From Sphyrna mokarran (Eukaryota), in the NCBI GenBank assembly GCA_024679065.1, contig JAGIQG010000022.1, forward strand, positions 26,412,001 through 26,476,000: DNA of 64,000 bases. The letters run 5' to 3'. The notes beneath the pieces are model-generated. The model had not been told where the DNA came from. It worked only from the letters and a program-made list of their open reading frames with translations, and did no database searches. Positions within the stretch are counted from its first letter, which is position 1; every line of letters starts with the position of its first letter. A program made the position numbers and the translations under genes. This document shows positions 26,761 to 38,186 of this stretch, one piece after another.

Positions 26761-28006
26761 GGGGCTAGATTTTCATCTATGCGTTGGTGTGCTGTCAGAA
26801 GAATTCCTAGTTCCTTCAATCTGACTTGTAAAAGTTTCTGACCAAATGTCATATTTTTGTTTCACGATGGTGGAGCTCCCTGGGAGTCAGGCTGGGCGAA
26901 TTTGAATGAGTGTGGAGGATGCCAGGTGCAGAGTCTGCCTTTGGGCAGTGGTACTGTACTGAAGTTTTAAAAAGCAGAAACACATTAAACACCCCTCAAC
27001 CCTTATACCTACTCGTCCCTCCCCCATTTGCTTCCCGTGGCAACACATGCTCCATCATGCTCCCACCTGCTCCTTACCCCTCATACTCTGCATGCCAACC
27101 TATGCTCCTCTGCCCACCCAATGGTTCTTTTTAATCTGGTATGCCAAATAATTGCCAACTTGTGCCAATCCATGCTTACATGTCCCAGACCAACTCACCT
27201 AGTATTCAGCATGCTTAGACATCAGAACCTATGTTGACATTCAATAAAATAAAATGCCAAGGTGTCAATGCAGATTGCTTTTAAAATAGGAAAAAACATT
27301 CCTATTGTGAAAAACAATTTATTATATTTATATTCCATCAACTACATTATCCCTCATAACAAAACATGTTATTCAATTGCATAATTTTTTATAACAAGCT
27401 TTGGAATTCATAGTCCTAGAGTCCATCATCACTTGGAGCTATCAATCAAACTGCAAAATGGCAGGCATTTTACTGTGATACTGAATGGTTGTGAAATCAG
27501 TCTAGAACCATTAATCCAGTAATGGTAGCCTTAGTTATGTCAACAGATATTGTGAAATGGCAAACAATCATTTATTTAACACCCCTGACAATTTTATTAA
27601 AGAATTTCAAGAGGAGGTGTTTGAAGTGATTTGGCAGTTTGAAAGCACCCTTTGACAGTTCATATTGACACTTCTGACAGTTGTTTTTGGTAGTTCCTGT
27701 GAACTTCACAGTTGCAATGAGTTTAGACATTTTTATACACGTTCATGTCCACTTTCAGCAATCCCAAAGGGCATCTTACTTCCCACCAGGGGCACCAGAC
27801 CTCCCTAAAAGGTGTCCCAGGACCATATCAAAAGGGATAGCTTACCGCTCCAAAAATGAACCCTAGCTATCCAAACAAACTCACCTTCTCTACGAATGAG
27901 CTTGTGCATTTCAGGGTTTTAGACACCTCTCACACACACGACTGGAGGAAGCTATCAATTTTTACGGCCTTCTGCCTTTGTGAAATATGCATGTGGAAAT
28001 CCTGTC
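26761..28006. mobile_element. Degraded non-autonomous TIR element
   Basis: ggggctagattttca start and tggaaatcctgtc end; same TIR style as the other elements. Confidence 0.45.
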
Positions 28007-28141
28007 TCTGTGAAAATGGTTAGTGCCATGGGATTTGAGGGTTTGAGCTTCTTCTGCCATTTGTACCGTGACAGAAATGGTCTTGTATTTAAAATCCAAC
28101 TCCTCTCTGCGCTAACAGGTTCCCTTTTCCTCACTTTGCCA

Positions 28142-28341
28142 AGTAAGAAGTCTCACAACACCAGGATAAAGTCTAACGGCTTTATTTGGTAGCACAAGCG
28201 TTTGGAGCGCTGCCCTTTTGTCAGGGGAGTCCTGATGAAGGAGCAGTGCTCAGAAAGCTCCTGCTGCCAAATAAAGTTGTTGGACTTTAATCTGGTGTTG
28301 TGAGACTTCTTACTGTGCCCACTCCAATCCAACACCAGCAT
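28142..28341. mobile_element. Palindromic Penelope mini-element (family A) with back-to-back hammerhead motifs
   Basis: 84-bp arms 28142-28225 and 28231-28314, plus a one-sided tail to 28341. Confidence 0.8.
28228..28264 (+). ncRNA. Minimal type I hammerhead ribozyme motif (core intact, stem I disrupted)
   Basis: CTGATGA 28232-28238, stem II GAGC/GCTC, GAAA 28253-28256, palindromic AGCT, then UC cleavage dinucleotide. Confidence 0.6.
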
Positions 28342-28342
28342 T

Positions 28343-29082
28343 AATCATTAATCTGAGCTTTCTGATTACTAGTCCAATGACATTATTATTAAGCCGTCGT
28401 CTTCCTGGAATGTGAAGCGGTACTAGATTTTGCCCAGTGATAGGCCTGGGGATCTGGTTTCCATGGGGACATAGGTCTGAGGTTGGAACTCTCTAGCGCC
28501 AGCTTGAACATCTGGACACAAAGGAAAGGAGGCAGGAGCAGACCAAAGGACTTGAGAAAACAGAACCCATAACGGATGCTGCAATGGCAAGCAGCACAGA
28601 AAGACTAATGGGTAAACCATCCAGTGAAGAGGTAGTGAGGCTGGAACGCATATTTGGAGAAACAATAATTGTGAAAAGTTATCACCGGACAGAATCTTTC
28701 AACAGGAAGTCTTTTAGTAATGACTTCATTACTTTGCCAAAGTGAATCTTCCAATGTCTTTTTAAACAAAGGTAATTCTCAACACTGGATGGTTTACCCA
28801 TTAGTCTTTCTGTGCTGCTTGCCATTGCATCACCTGTTATGGGTTCTGTTTTCTCAAGTCCATTGGTCTGCTGGTCTGAGAGTCTGCTGCAGCTGCCTTT
28901 TCTTTGTGTCCGGATGGTAAAGCTGGCACTTGAGAGTTTCAACCTCAGACCTATGTCTCCATGGAAACCAGGTCCCTGGGCCTATCACTGTGAAGAATCT
29001 AATACCATTTCACATTCCAGAAAGGTGACGGTTTAATAAGAATGTCACTGGACTAGTAATCAGGAAGCTCAGATTAATGATT
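28343..29082. repeat. Local inverted duplication (28343-28626 vs 28783-29082), 156-bp spacer
   Basis: For example cacagaaagactaatgggtaaaccatccagtg vs cactggatggtttacccattagtctttctgtg; alignable throughout with one ~16-bp indel. Confidence 0.95.
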
Positions 29083-29580
29083 TAGAGTCTTGGGTTTCAA
29101 TCCCATGCTGATAGCTGGTAAAATTGAATTCAGTTAATAAAGCCTGGATTTGAAAGCTGGTCTCAGTAATAGTGGCCATGAAACTATCACTTACTGTCAC
29201 AAGGACTCACCTGATTCACTAATGTCTCTGTGGAATGGGAATCTGCCACTCTTACCTGGTCTGGCCTACGTGTAGCCCAGATCCACAGTAATGAGGTTGA
29301 CTCTTTAAAATGTATCTGGATATAGACCTACAGAACTATGGACTAGGTGCTGGAAAATGGTATTAGTCTGGATGGCTTGTTTTTGCTGATACAGAGATGA
29401 TTGCCCAAGTGGCCACCTTCTATTCTGTAAACTTTCTAAGATTCTATTATTCTATGGCCTACTCTTAATTTCATTTGAAATGGTGAGTGAGCCAGTCAGT
29501 TCCAGGAGAAGTAGACACGGATAACAGATACTGACCTTACTAGTGATGATCACATTCCACAAAAGAATAAATAATAAAAA
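29025..29580 (+). mobile_element. tRNA-derived SINE, second family (CR1 3' fragment nested at ~29310-29455)
   Basis: gtcactggactagtaatc...gggtttcaatccc; core gattcactaatgtc...ttacctggtctggcctac. Confidence 0.75.
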
Positions 29581-29649
29581 TAGTCCCTCAATTCCAGAAC
29601 ATTCTGTTTTACCTTGAATGAACAGAGTTCATTTAAAACATAACTGTCA

Positions 29650-30003
29650 TTTTTTAAAATTCATTCATGGGACATGGACGTTGTGGCTAGTAAGCATTTA
29701 TTGCCCATTCCTAGTTATCCAAGAGCAGTTAAAAGTCACCTATGCTGCTGTGGTTCTGGAGTCACATGTTGGCCAGACACGTAAGGACGGCAGATTTCCT
29801 CCCCTTGAGGATATTAGTGAACCAGATGGGTTTTTCCAACAATTGACAATAGTTTCACGGTCATCATTAGATTCTTAATTCTCATTTTTTTTTATTGCAT
29901 TCAAATTCCACCATTTGTCATGACAGGATTTGAACCCAGGTCCCCAGAACATTAGCTGAGTGTCTGGACTAATAGTCTAACGATAATACTATTGGATCAT
30001 TAC
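29650..30003 (-). mobile_element. tRNA-derived SINE, second family
   Basis: Reverse strand: cctgggttcaaatcc B box, catctggttcactaat core, tail catgtcccatgaatgaat. Confidence 0.8.
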
Positions 30004-32199
30004 CTAGGTACAGGAGAAGGTGCTGTTGGCAGGACTGTTAAGATTCAGCCAGCGTAAACACAGCAAAGATTTCGATGATAAAGTCTAATGGTCATGATAC
30101 TGGTCATTACCACATTATGGGACCTTCCTTAGGAATATTTTGGCCATTTCATTTCCTTGATCGCAAGAATGACTTCACTTCAGAACTACTTTGTTTGTTG
30201 TAAGATACTTTGGGACTTTGTGCTACATAAGTGCAAATCCTTTTATGTTTGAATTATAATAGAATATGATGGTAGGTAAATTATGACGGGACTAGCCAAT
30301 TGTAAGATTAGTTCTTACCTGCTGTATGCTGGAAATAATTGAGGGGGGAATAGAGTATACTGCTCAGCATAGATGTCTAGAAGATTGATTGTTTGGTATT
30401 GCAGTGAGGGACTTTCTGTTGTGTGCTTTTCTAATTAAGTATGTCAGTTTCCCTATTCCTTTTTTGTTGTTCCTTTTTCGATTGCTGCACGCTTGTACAT
30501 GTTATTTTCCAGTCAAGCAACAGGATTAATGGACTGTGCCTTTGTTTCTTTTGCTTTGGATCAGATGCATCGGAAGTTGAGGTTTTCTCTTTAAAGGCAT
30601 GATTGAATTATCCCCAGGGAAATCTAGTTGAGAATTGATGATGTTGTTAATGTGTTGGGATATTGATTGGCAGCGCTACTTGTAACTTAAACATTACCAT
30701 ATAGCCCAAGGCGCTTCACAGAAAAGGGGATTGAGTGCTGAAAGGGAGAATGAAGGCCAATTGAAGAAAGTATAGGCATCATTGAAGGATTGGGTTATGA
30801 CAAGAAATGTAACATGACAAACTGATTTTGGAAGGAAACTTGAGTGCAGCAGCATAATGCCAGAAATCTGTGTTACAAATAATTTCCACATAAGCTATTT
30901 TCAGCTCATTACTCCTTTGACGTTATAGTGGACAGATTGCAGTTGCCAGGAAGAAGGCCAGCATGAATGTAAACTGAATAAAGCCCTCTATCTGTGCAGG
31001 TTGGATAACAAAGAATAAATAGGTGGAGGGGCACGAGGACAGTTTGTTGACTTTGATTATAAATGTGCATCTTTTATTGTTTCAAATATGTAATCCTTTG
31101 ATTTCAAAATAATGAATTGTTTATTGAAGTAAGTATAACATCCATATTTACATGTTGTGTTCTTTTAACCTTGTGCAGAAAAAATATTTCTTTTTATTTG
31201 ATAACTAAACTGTGAGAAGTAAAATAGACAGGATGTCACAAGAGATAATAAGGCATTAATTTAGTTCCATGAGTTGTACTCATGATTGTACTCAGCAGCA
31301 ATGTCATACAAGGCTATGGCTCAAGTCACAAGTGAGAATAAAAGCTTTAAACAGTTCCCTGTCCAGTGTAAGCTTTAACTATTAGAGTTATCACAACTGA
31401 CCAATCCAGAATGAATTTAAACATTCTTGGTGGGTGAAGATTTGTAGTGTAATGTTGCTTTGTTTATAAAGCGAAAATGTCTTTGGAGGTTGCTAATAAA
31501 AACCTAAGCCAGGATACTTGTGCATAAATCAGTGTTAAGTTTTATATGATTTATATCAGTATTTTTATTCCATACATAATCATTCATTAGAAATCAGTAT
31601 AGCTGAAAATAATATAATACTTGGTTTCCAATAGCTATTGCCTTTGGGAATTTAGCCCTTGATAATTTTTAAAGTATGTTAGAGTACTGCATAATGTTTT
31701 TAGATTTCATTCATTTCTTGCATCTAATTTGTGATGATCTATTGGATAGAAGTTTTTAATTTGAAACCTATTGACACACATTTGAATTGTGATACTTTGA
31801 AAGCAAATTTATATAGTTCTGTGACGACCATCACATTGTAATGGAACATGCTCTCTAACCCAATAATACTGGGTCTTATCCAATGTCCCTGCTAAACGGC
31901 AGTGATGTGAATCTACCTGCTACCATATCTTACAGGTAGCAGCCTGTAAGATACTGCATCAGCCATATTCTGTGATAAACAAAGTGTGCGCACAACTGTG
32001 CAAATAAATTTAAAGAGACTAAGCACCAGAAAAAAAAACAAAAGTGGTGCACAGGAATTAAATTGTAATGGAAATATTGGTTTTATTCTTTGTTGTGACC
32101 CTAGGCTCTTCCTCTGAATAGCCTTTTCATTATTTTAATGTTGTAAAAATATGTTGTACAAGTTTTATAAAATCAGTCAATTGTTTGTTCCTATTTCAG

Positions 32200-32328
32200 T
32201 TGTCTCCAGTGACAGTGAGAGTGAATCCGAGTGCAGTTCTTCCAGCCAAGATGACAAGGTTTCAGTCAGCAGTGCCAAGACTCAAAAGACAAGAAAAGAA
32301 AGTGAGGAGTCTGGTAGGAAAATGAAAG
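32200..32328 (+). CDS. Putative internal coding exon (129 bp, phase 1/1): xVSSDSESESECSSSSQDDKVSVSSAKTQKTRKESEESGRKMK
   Basis: Acceptor ttgtttgttcctatttcag; donor AAG|gtacag (alternative in-phase donor CTG|gtagga at 32313/32314); open frame; non-repetitive flanks; splices in frame to the next exon. Confidence 0.75.
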
Positions 32329-32847
32329 GTACAGCAGTCTGCTCTTTTGAATTTACTTCATCCACAATTATCATAAGAAGTGCTTGAGTGTAAAATATTC
32401 CAATGCTTGGTTGTCCTCGCATCAGCTGCAGTGCTAAGTACGTCATATGGACAGAACGTACAAAAATCTGCCTGTATCACAGTCCCACTGCAGTTGGATG
32501 AAGAACTCTGTATGATCAAACTAAACACAGAGAGCCAGTGCTAGGCTTATCATTCATCGCGATCATGCTTCTACAATACCATAATTCCGAGAAATATCAA
32601 TGAGTGAACTTGGAGCATTGCAGTCACCTTCCCAAGACAAACAATTTTTGACTAAAAAGCATAGAAGCACCTGGAGAAAAATGAATTTGCAGTTAGCCAT
32701 AAAGTAGAATCTCATTCAATATCTTGTTCAAATATTTGAGCTGTTTTGTACAAGTTCCATTTGTAGTGTGTCCCAATGAATAGACAACAGAGAGTACAGT
32801 GAGCTGCTCTCCATGTTATGAAAATAAAATAGAAGCACTGATGGTGC

Positions 32848-33070
32848 AGAAAAGAATAAAGAAAATTACAGTGCAGGAACAGGCCCTTTGGCCTTCTAGG
32901 GCTGCACAGAATATGCTGCCTGACTGAACTAAAACTCCCTACCTTTCCGGGACCGTATCCCTCTATTCCCATCCAATCCATGTATTTGTCCAGCTGCCCC
33001 TTAAAACTCATCATTGTATCTGCTTCCACTACCTTGCCCGGCAGCGGGTTCCAGACATCTACCATCCTCT
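32848..33070 (-). mobile_element. CR1 LINE 3' end
   Basis: VDVWNPLPGKVVEADTMMSFKGQLDKYM and the CR1 tail. Confidence 0.88.
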
Positions 33071-33159
33071 ATTCATGAAATCTTTTTTCATGGACAGAGG
33101 AAAGATTCAACTGAAAAGATTGAGGAAAGACCTAATAGAAGTCTTTAAAATTATTATGT

Positions 33160-33680
33160 GACACACAATGTGGGTATTCCCCCCTTCTGAGTACTGCTAG
33201 GCTGACTGTCCTCTATTACCCAACAGTGTCACCAGGATTGGTAGTGGCAGTCATAAATGCAGTCACCTGAGGCTGAGGATCAAAGAAGAATCTTGTGCTG
33301 AAGATGAGTGAGGGTGCGTGGTGGGGTGGGGGGGGGGTGGCGGGAGGCGGGAAAAGGTGTTCAAAAGAAAGGGCAAGACTGGTGGCTATCAATGGGTTTC
33401 TATCCCCTGTCTTGATGACAAATCCCTTGATTAGGACTTGATTTCATTTGAATGAGTGACCTCAAACCACCCCCCTCCCCCCCCCCTCCCCACCATCTTC
33501 TCCACCTTGAAACTATTAGTTGCTTAAGAGCTTCGACTAGCTTGTGTTTGGAAAGGCTGTCATCAAGTTTTCCCACCTGGACTTAATCAGGTGAAGGCAG
33601 GAAGCTGGCGAGATCTATGTTCTGCACTCTTCTACCCAATTAAATGCACAACTCACCTGCAAATTCCCACTGGAGAGTGG
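33160..33680. mobile_element. Degraded TIR-type repeat interrupting an old CR1 3' fragment (33080-33150 and 33780-33990)
   Basis: GC-rich block; CR1 remnant RKDLIEVFKI on the left and 3'UTR motifs on the right. Confidence 0.4.
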
Positions 33681-34399
33681 CGTTAACTTCTGCCTGTTGT
33701 TTCCACTTGTCGGTGTGTCCAAAATGAGGGACCGTACATAAAAGGTAGTCAGTAACAAGTCCAATGTGGGCTCCAGGAGAAAAATTATTATCAATGAGTA
33801 GTGAGAGGATGTAGCATATGGAGTGTTCAGGCAACTAGTAGATATGCAGTTATGGGGAAATTAATTAAATACAGGAGGGAAAAGGAAAGTGAAGAACATA
33901 TCGATTGTATGATATTGAGTAAGATGAGGTTAGGTTCATGTGGAGCATAAATATCAGTGTAGACCTGTTGTACCGAGTAGCCTTATGTGGTTCATGTAGT
34001 TTTAATAATAAGCATGTGATATGTTATTGCAGTCTTTGTAAAGCTATTCTTCACCCTTTCTTCTTTGCTCCCCTTTAATAAAGTTGACATTCTATAGATT
34101 GTATTTGGCTCTCTATTTATAACTCAGTTGTATTCTTAAAGGAATATCGACTTGACTAGGATTCATCATAGGTACTGTATGCAAATAAATATTTATCATA
34201 TTGTCACAATCGTTCTGTGCTTACTTTAAATAAGGCATTTTCTTCTAGCCAATGACACCAAGAACAGAATATGCTGCCTGACTGAAAATAGCATATTTGC
34301 ATTGATAGCAAGTATGGATTTTACAATTGAACATGCAAGCATGAGAATGTTGAACAGGTTCAGTAATGTCTTTACTAGGCATAATGAAAATCTTCTAGA

Positions 34400-34560
34400 A
34401 GTATTAGGCCCTATCCCTATTATACCACGTATTTACTCTGCTAATCCCCTTGACAATAAGGGCAATTTAGCAGGGCCTGCACAATTTGGAATGTGGGAGG
34501 AAACTGGGATACTAGAGGAAACCCACACAGACACCTGCAAACTCCACTATGCCACTGTAC
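34400..34560 (-). mobile_element. Deleted HE1 SINE
   Basis: tttggaatgtgggaggaaactgg...gaggaaacccacacagacac. Confidence 0.75.
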
Positions 34561-34758
34561 TGTATACATTGGTGGAAAAGAATGGAAAATATTTTTGAGG
34601 AACCCTTAAATTGAAAGAAAAGAACTGGCTGAACACAACAGGAGTTTATTTAGGCAAATTACTTTTAATACTTGGCTGTTAATGTAAAGAAACTTCTAAT
34701 AACATTTTAACATTTATACCTTCCAAAAACTGTATGCTCCTGATTTATTGTGTTGCAG

Positions 34759-34935
34759 TTTCTAGGCGTGAGCCAACGAGTAGAACTCAGAATAACTATC
34801 AGTTGACAAACACTTTTTCCGGGAGTCGAACCAGCCTTGGTAGTGAACGAGGAGGTGGTTCAAGTGCCACAGAGAGCTACAGTGGTGATGTCCTTGGTGA
34901 TGACTACAACAATGATTTCGACAAGAACTCATTAG
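34759..34935 (+). CDS. Putative internal coding exon (177 bp, phase 1/1): VSRREPTSRTQNNYQLTNTFSGSRTSLGSERGGGSSATESYSGDVLGDDYNNDFDKNSL
   Basis: Acceptor ctcctgatttattgtgttgcag; donor TAG|gttagt; open frame with raised GC/CpG relative to flanks; phase matches exon 32200-32328. Confidence 0.8.
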
Positions 34936-35947
34936 GTTAGTACCACATAACTTGTATGATTTTATTATGAGTGGTTCTGTAATTCTACTAAGACTAAATG
35001 TAAGCTGTTTAAAGTGAGCTTTATCATTTCTGCAGTATGCAACTGAAATATGGCAACATCAACGATTGTAAGCTTATTCTGAAAGTATAGTTTGAAAAAA
35101 TTGTCAAGGCCATAAGTGAGATCTTTCGTAGTATAACTTATGTTTCTTTGTAGTAATTTCTCAGTAGAGGGCAGCTAAAATTTACGCTGTTCCTTTTCAT
35201 AAGCATTTTACATATCCATACTTAGAACTAATAAATTGTGTACATTGTCCCCTGTTGAAATGGAATTTATTATTTTGTATGAAAGGATGCATGAAGTACC
35301 TTTTATGTTGTTCTGTAATGACACATTTGCTGATTACTATTTTGAACATTGAGGTAATTGTTTTGTTCAGTTAACAAAAAAGAAATTGGCAGTTTGAGAA
35401 TTAGCAGAGGAATATTGCACCTTGAGTAAATGGGAAATCCTGGAGCCAAAAAAAATCAGAACAATCGCAAAACATTTTTGTTTTGAGCTTGAACATAAGT
35501 GGTCAAGCTATTAAAGTTGAAAAATGGAGTTATAAATCCTGAACAAAAGAACTTGTGTTGTCATAGTGTTGCTGAGAGTCAGTGTTCAGGTAGTGCACTT
35601 TTCAAATGAAAAGTATTTAAGTGAACAACAATATAGTGTCTAACAAATAGGCAGTGATTCATTTGAACACCACAAAAGTAGTACAGCTGAGGGAGGTCAT
35701 TTGGCCCATCTAGTCCATTCTTTCATCCAAACATACAATACTTGCACATTATTAAACATCCTCTTGAATGACTCTCCTGTTTGTCACCATTAATTCGTAG
35801 CACTTAATGTATTTGGAAGATTGAGAATGTACTGAAAATGCATCTGAATTGTTTGCCAGTTCAAATCACACTGAACCATTATCATAATTGTCTCTTTTGT
35901 AGCATGTGAAACCAAGCAAGTCCAACAGTTTGATAAAACCATATCAC

Positions 35948-36970
35948 AAAGGCACAGCACTGCAGATGCTGGATATCTGAAATAAAAACAAAGTGCTAAA
36001 AGTGCTCAGCAGGTGAGACAGCAACTGTGGAGGAGAAACAGAGTTGATGGTCGGGAATCTTGTTGCAGCGTCGAGGGGTCACGCCTGCTGCTTGGAGAGT
36101 CAGCAAGAAACCCCACTCTGCCTTGTTTTTGAGAAGGTCCACTGAACCACAAACCAATCGGGTAGTGGCAAGGCCAGCAGCGGGTCTCCACTGGAATCGA
36201 GACCTTGGAGGTGGAAGTTGCGCCTGCTGAGAGCTGCTGGCCAGTCAGAGGCTGACAGCTGTTGGGTTCAGCAGTACCACAGGTTAGGCTGGGAATGCTG
36301 CCGACAGGTCAAAAGTCCCAGGATCATAGAGTGACCAGGCCACAGTTAAGTACTGATGGTGAGGTACGTGGAGTGGGAGCCATGGAAAGAAGGGGTGCAG
36401 AAGGGCTATAGCAAGAGTAGACGATGGCTTTTGCTGGCCTCTCTTCTTCTGTCAGTCGTACGATCAACCACCGAGTGCTGCCTGATTACATGCCCTTCCC
36501 TCCTCCAGGCTCACCACTTGTCAGAACAGAAGATTTTGCCTAATGATTTTTTTTTGTCAGAACTGGAAAAAGTTGGAGATAAAGAAGTTTTAAGCGACTA
36601 CAGTTATAGGGAAATGAGGAGTGGAGAAGAACAAAATGGGCAGACCTGTAATTGGACGGAAGAGATTGAAGGACAAAAGTGATGATGATGCAAAACAAAA
36701 GGAAGCAATAATGGAATAAGTAGAGAAAAAGTGGGTCTGGAAAGGATATAATGGGAAAAACAGAACTACCACCAATAGCTGCTGCCCAAGAAAAGGGGCA
36801 AAGTTTATGATCTGAAATTGTTGAAGTCAGTGACTTCGTTCTGAAGAAGAGGCATATTGGTCTCAAAAAGTTAACTCTATTTCTCTCTCCTCAGATGCAG
36901 TCAGACTTGCTGAATTTTTCCAGCACTTCTGTTGTTGTTTCAGATTTCCAACGTCCTTAATATTTTGCTT
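35948..36970. mobile_element. Penelope-like fold-back element (family B) with a nested TIR element (~36050-36540)
   Basis: 35948-36048 is the inverse of 36870-36970; minus-strand ORF end TDFNNFRS* near 36805-36832; hammerhead remnant at 36838-36875. Confidence 0.7.
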
Positions 36971-37050
36971 TCATTTCACTGTACATAACCCTTGACAAAG
37001 TTCTACTTCATTGAATGGCAAGGGTGGTTGGGAAGTCTAGAGGGTGGGGA

Positions 37051-37434
37051 GTCTGGAGTTTAAATGCTGCTGGCCCTGAAAATTGTTTTATCTTTGTGTA
37101 AAGTCAGTTTCTTCATGGATGATAAAATTCCATATTTTTAAAATATATTTAAAGTTTGAAATTAATCTTCTACTTTAATCTCCTGTGTAAGTTCTGATCA
37201 TTTATTTTGTTCTCTGTAAATGATATTAAAAGTGATGGGTAATTACGTTTGTCTTTGCCTCCGAGAATACCTAAGTGTGACTGGCTGCTTATTCTCCTAG
37301 ATGTTACCACTGCTGTTAGGTTCCTAGAGGTAATCTTGATTTGTTATCAGATTTAATCTGTCACCGGGAAAGGGGAAATCTATACAGCAAAGATTACTCA
37401 ACCTCTGTAGGCTGCTGAAGGCAAAATCCAGCCC
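37051..37434. mobile_element. TIR-bounded MITE-like element
   Basis: gtctggagttt... / ...gcaaaatccagccc ends. Confidence 0.4.
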
Positions 37435-37844
37435 ATTGAAAGGTGCTGTATAAAGGATAAGCAGTGACAGGGCGATGAGGGGTGGTACAGAAGGAATGAT
37501 CCCTTGGGAATACTGAAAGGGGAAGAGCCAGAAAAGATGGATTTGGTGGAAGCATCGTACAAGATAACAATTATGCCACCTTCCATTACAGTAACTTGAT
37601 ATGTCTTTTTGTCAAATGCCCTATTGGCTGATGGGGTCATCAACATGTCCATTCCAATTCCTGAAATTCTGTTCTCATCTCCTTTCCTGTCTTCCCAAAA
37701 TATGTTGGATTCCCTTTGGCCTTACTTTCTGCTCCGCCTGTAGTCTTGTTTTTGGATCACCATTACTGCCAGTTTGCTCTCACCATGTAATTTGGTCTAA
37801 TTTGACCTCCTATTTCCAGCATTTATTGGGAAGCAATGACCTTA

Positions 37845-38186
37845 TAGTATTATTGCTAAATTATTAATCCAGGAATTTAGCTCATGTTCTGGGGATCTGG
37901 GTTTGAATCCCACCATTGCAGATGGTGGAATTTGATGATAAATATCTGGAATTTAAAAAGTCTACTGATGACTGTGAAACCAGTATCAATTGTCAGAAAA
38001 ACCCATCTGGTTCATTGATACCCTTTTGGGAAGGAAATCTGTCATCCTTGCCTGGCTTGCATGTGACTTCAGAGCCACAGCAATGTGCTTGACTCTCAAC
38101 TCCCCTCCAAGGGCACCTAGGCTTGGGCAATGAATTCTGGCCAGCCAACAATATCCATGCCCCATGACAGAATTTTTTAAAAAAAG
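37845..38186 (+). mobile_element. tRNA-derived SINE, second family
   Basis: ctgggtttgaatcccacc B box; aaaacccatctggttcattga...gggaaggaaatctg core; same tail as 29650. Confidence 0.8.
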
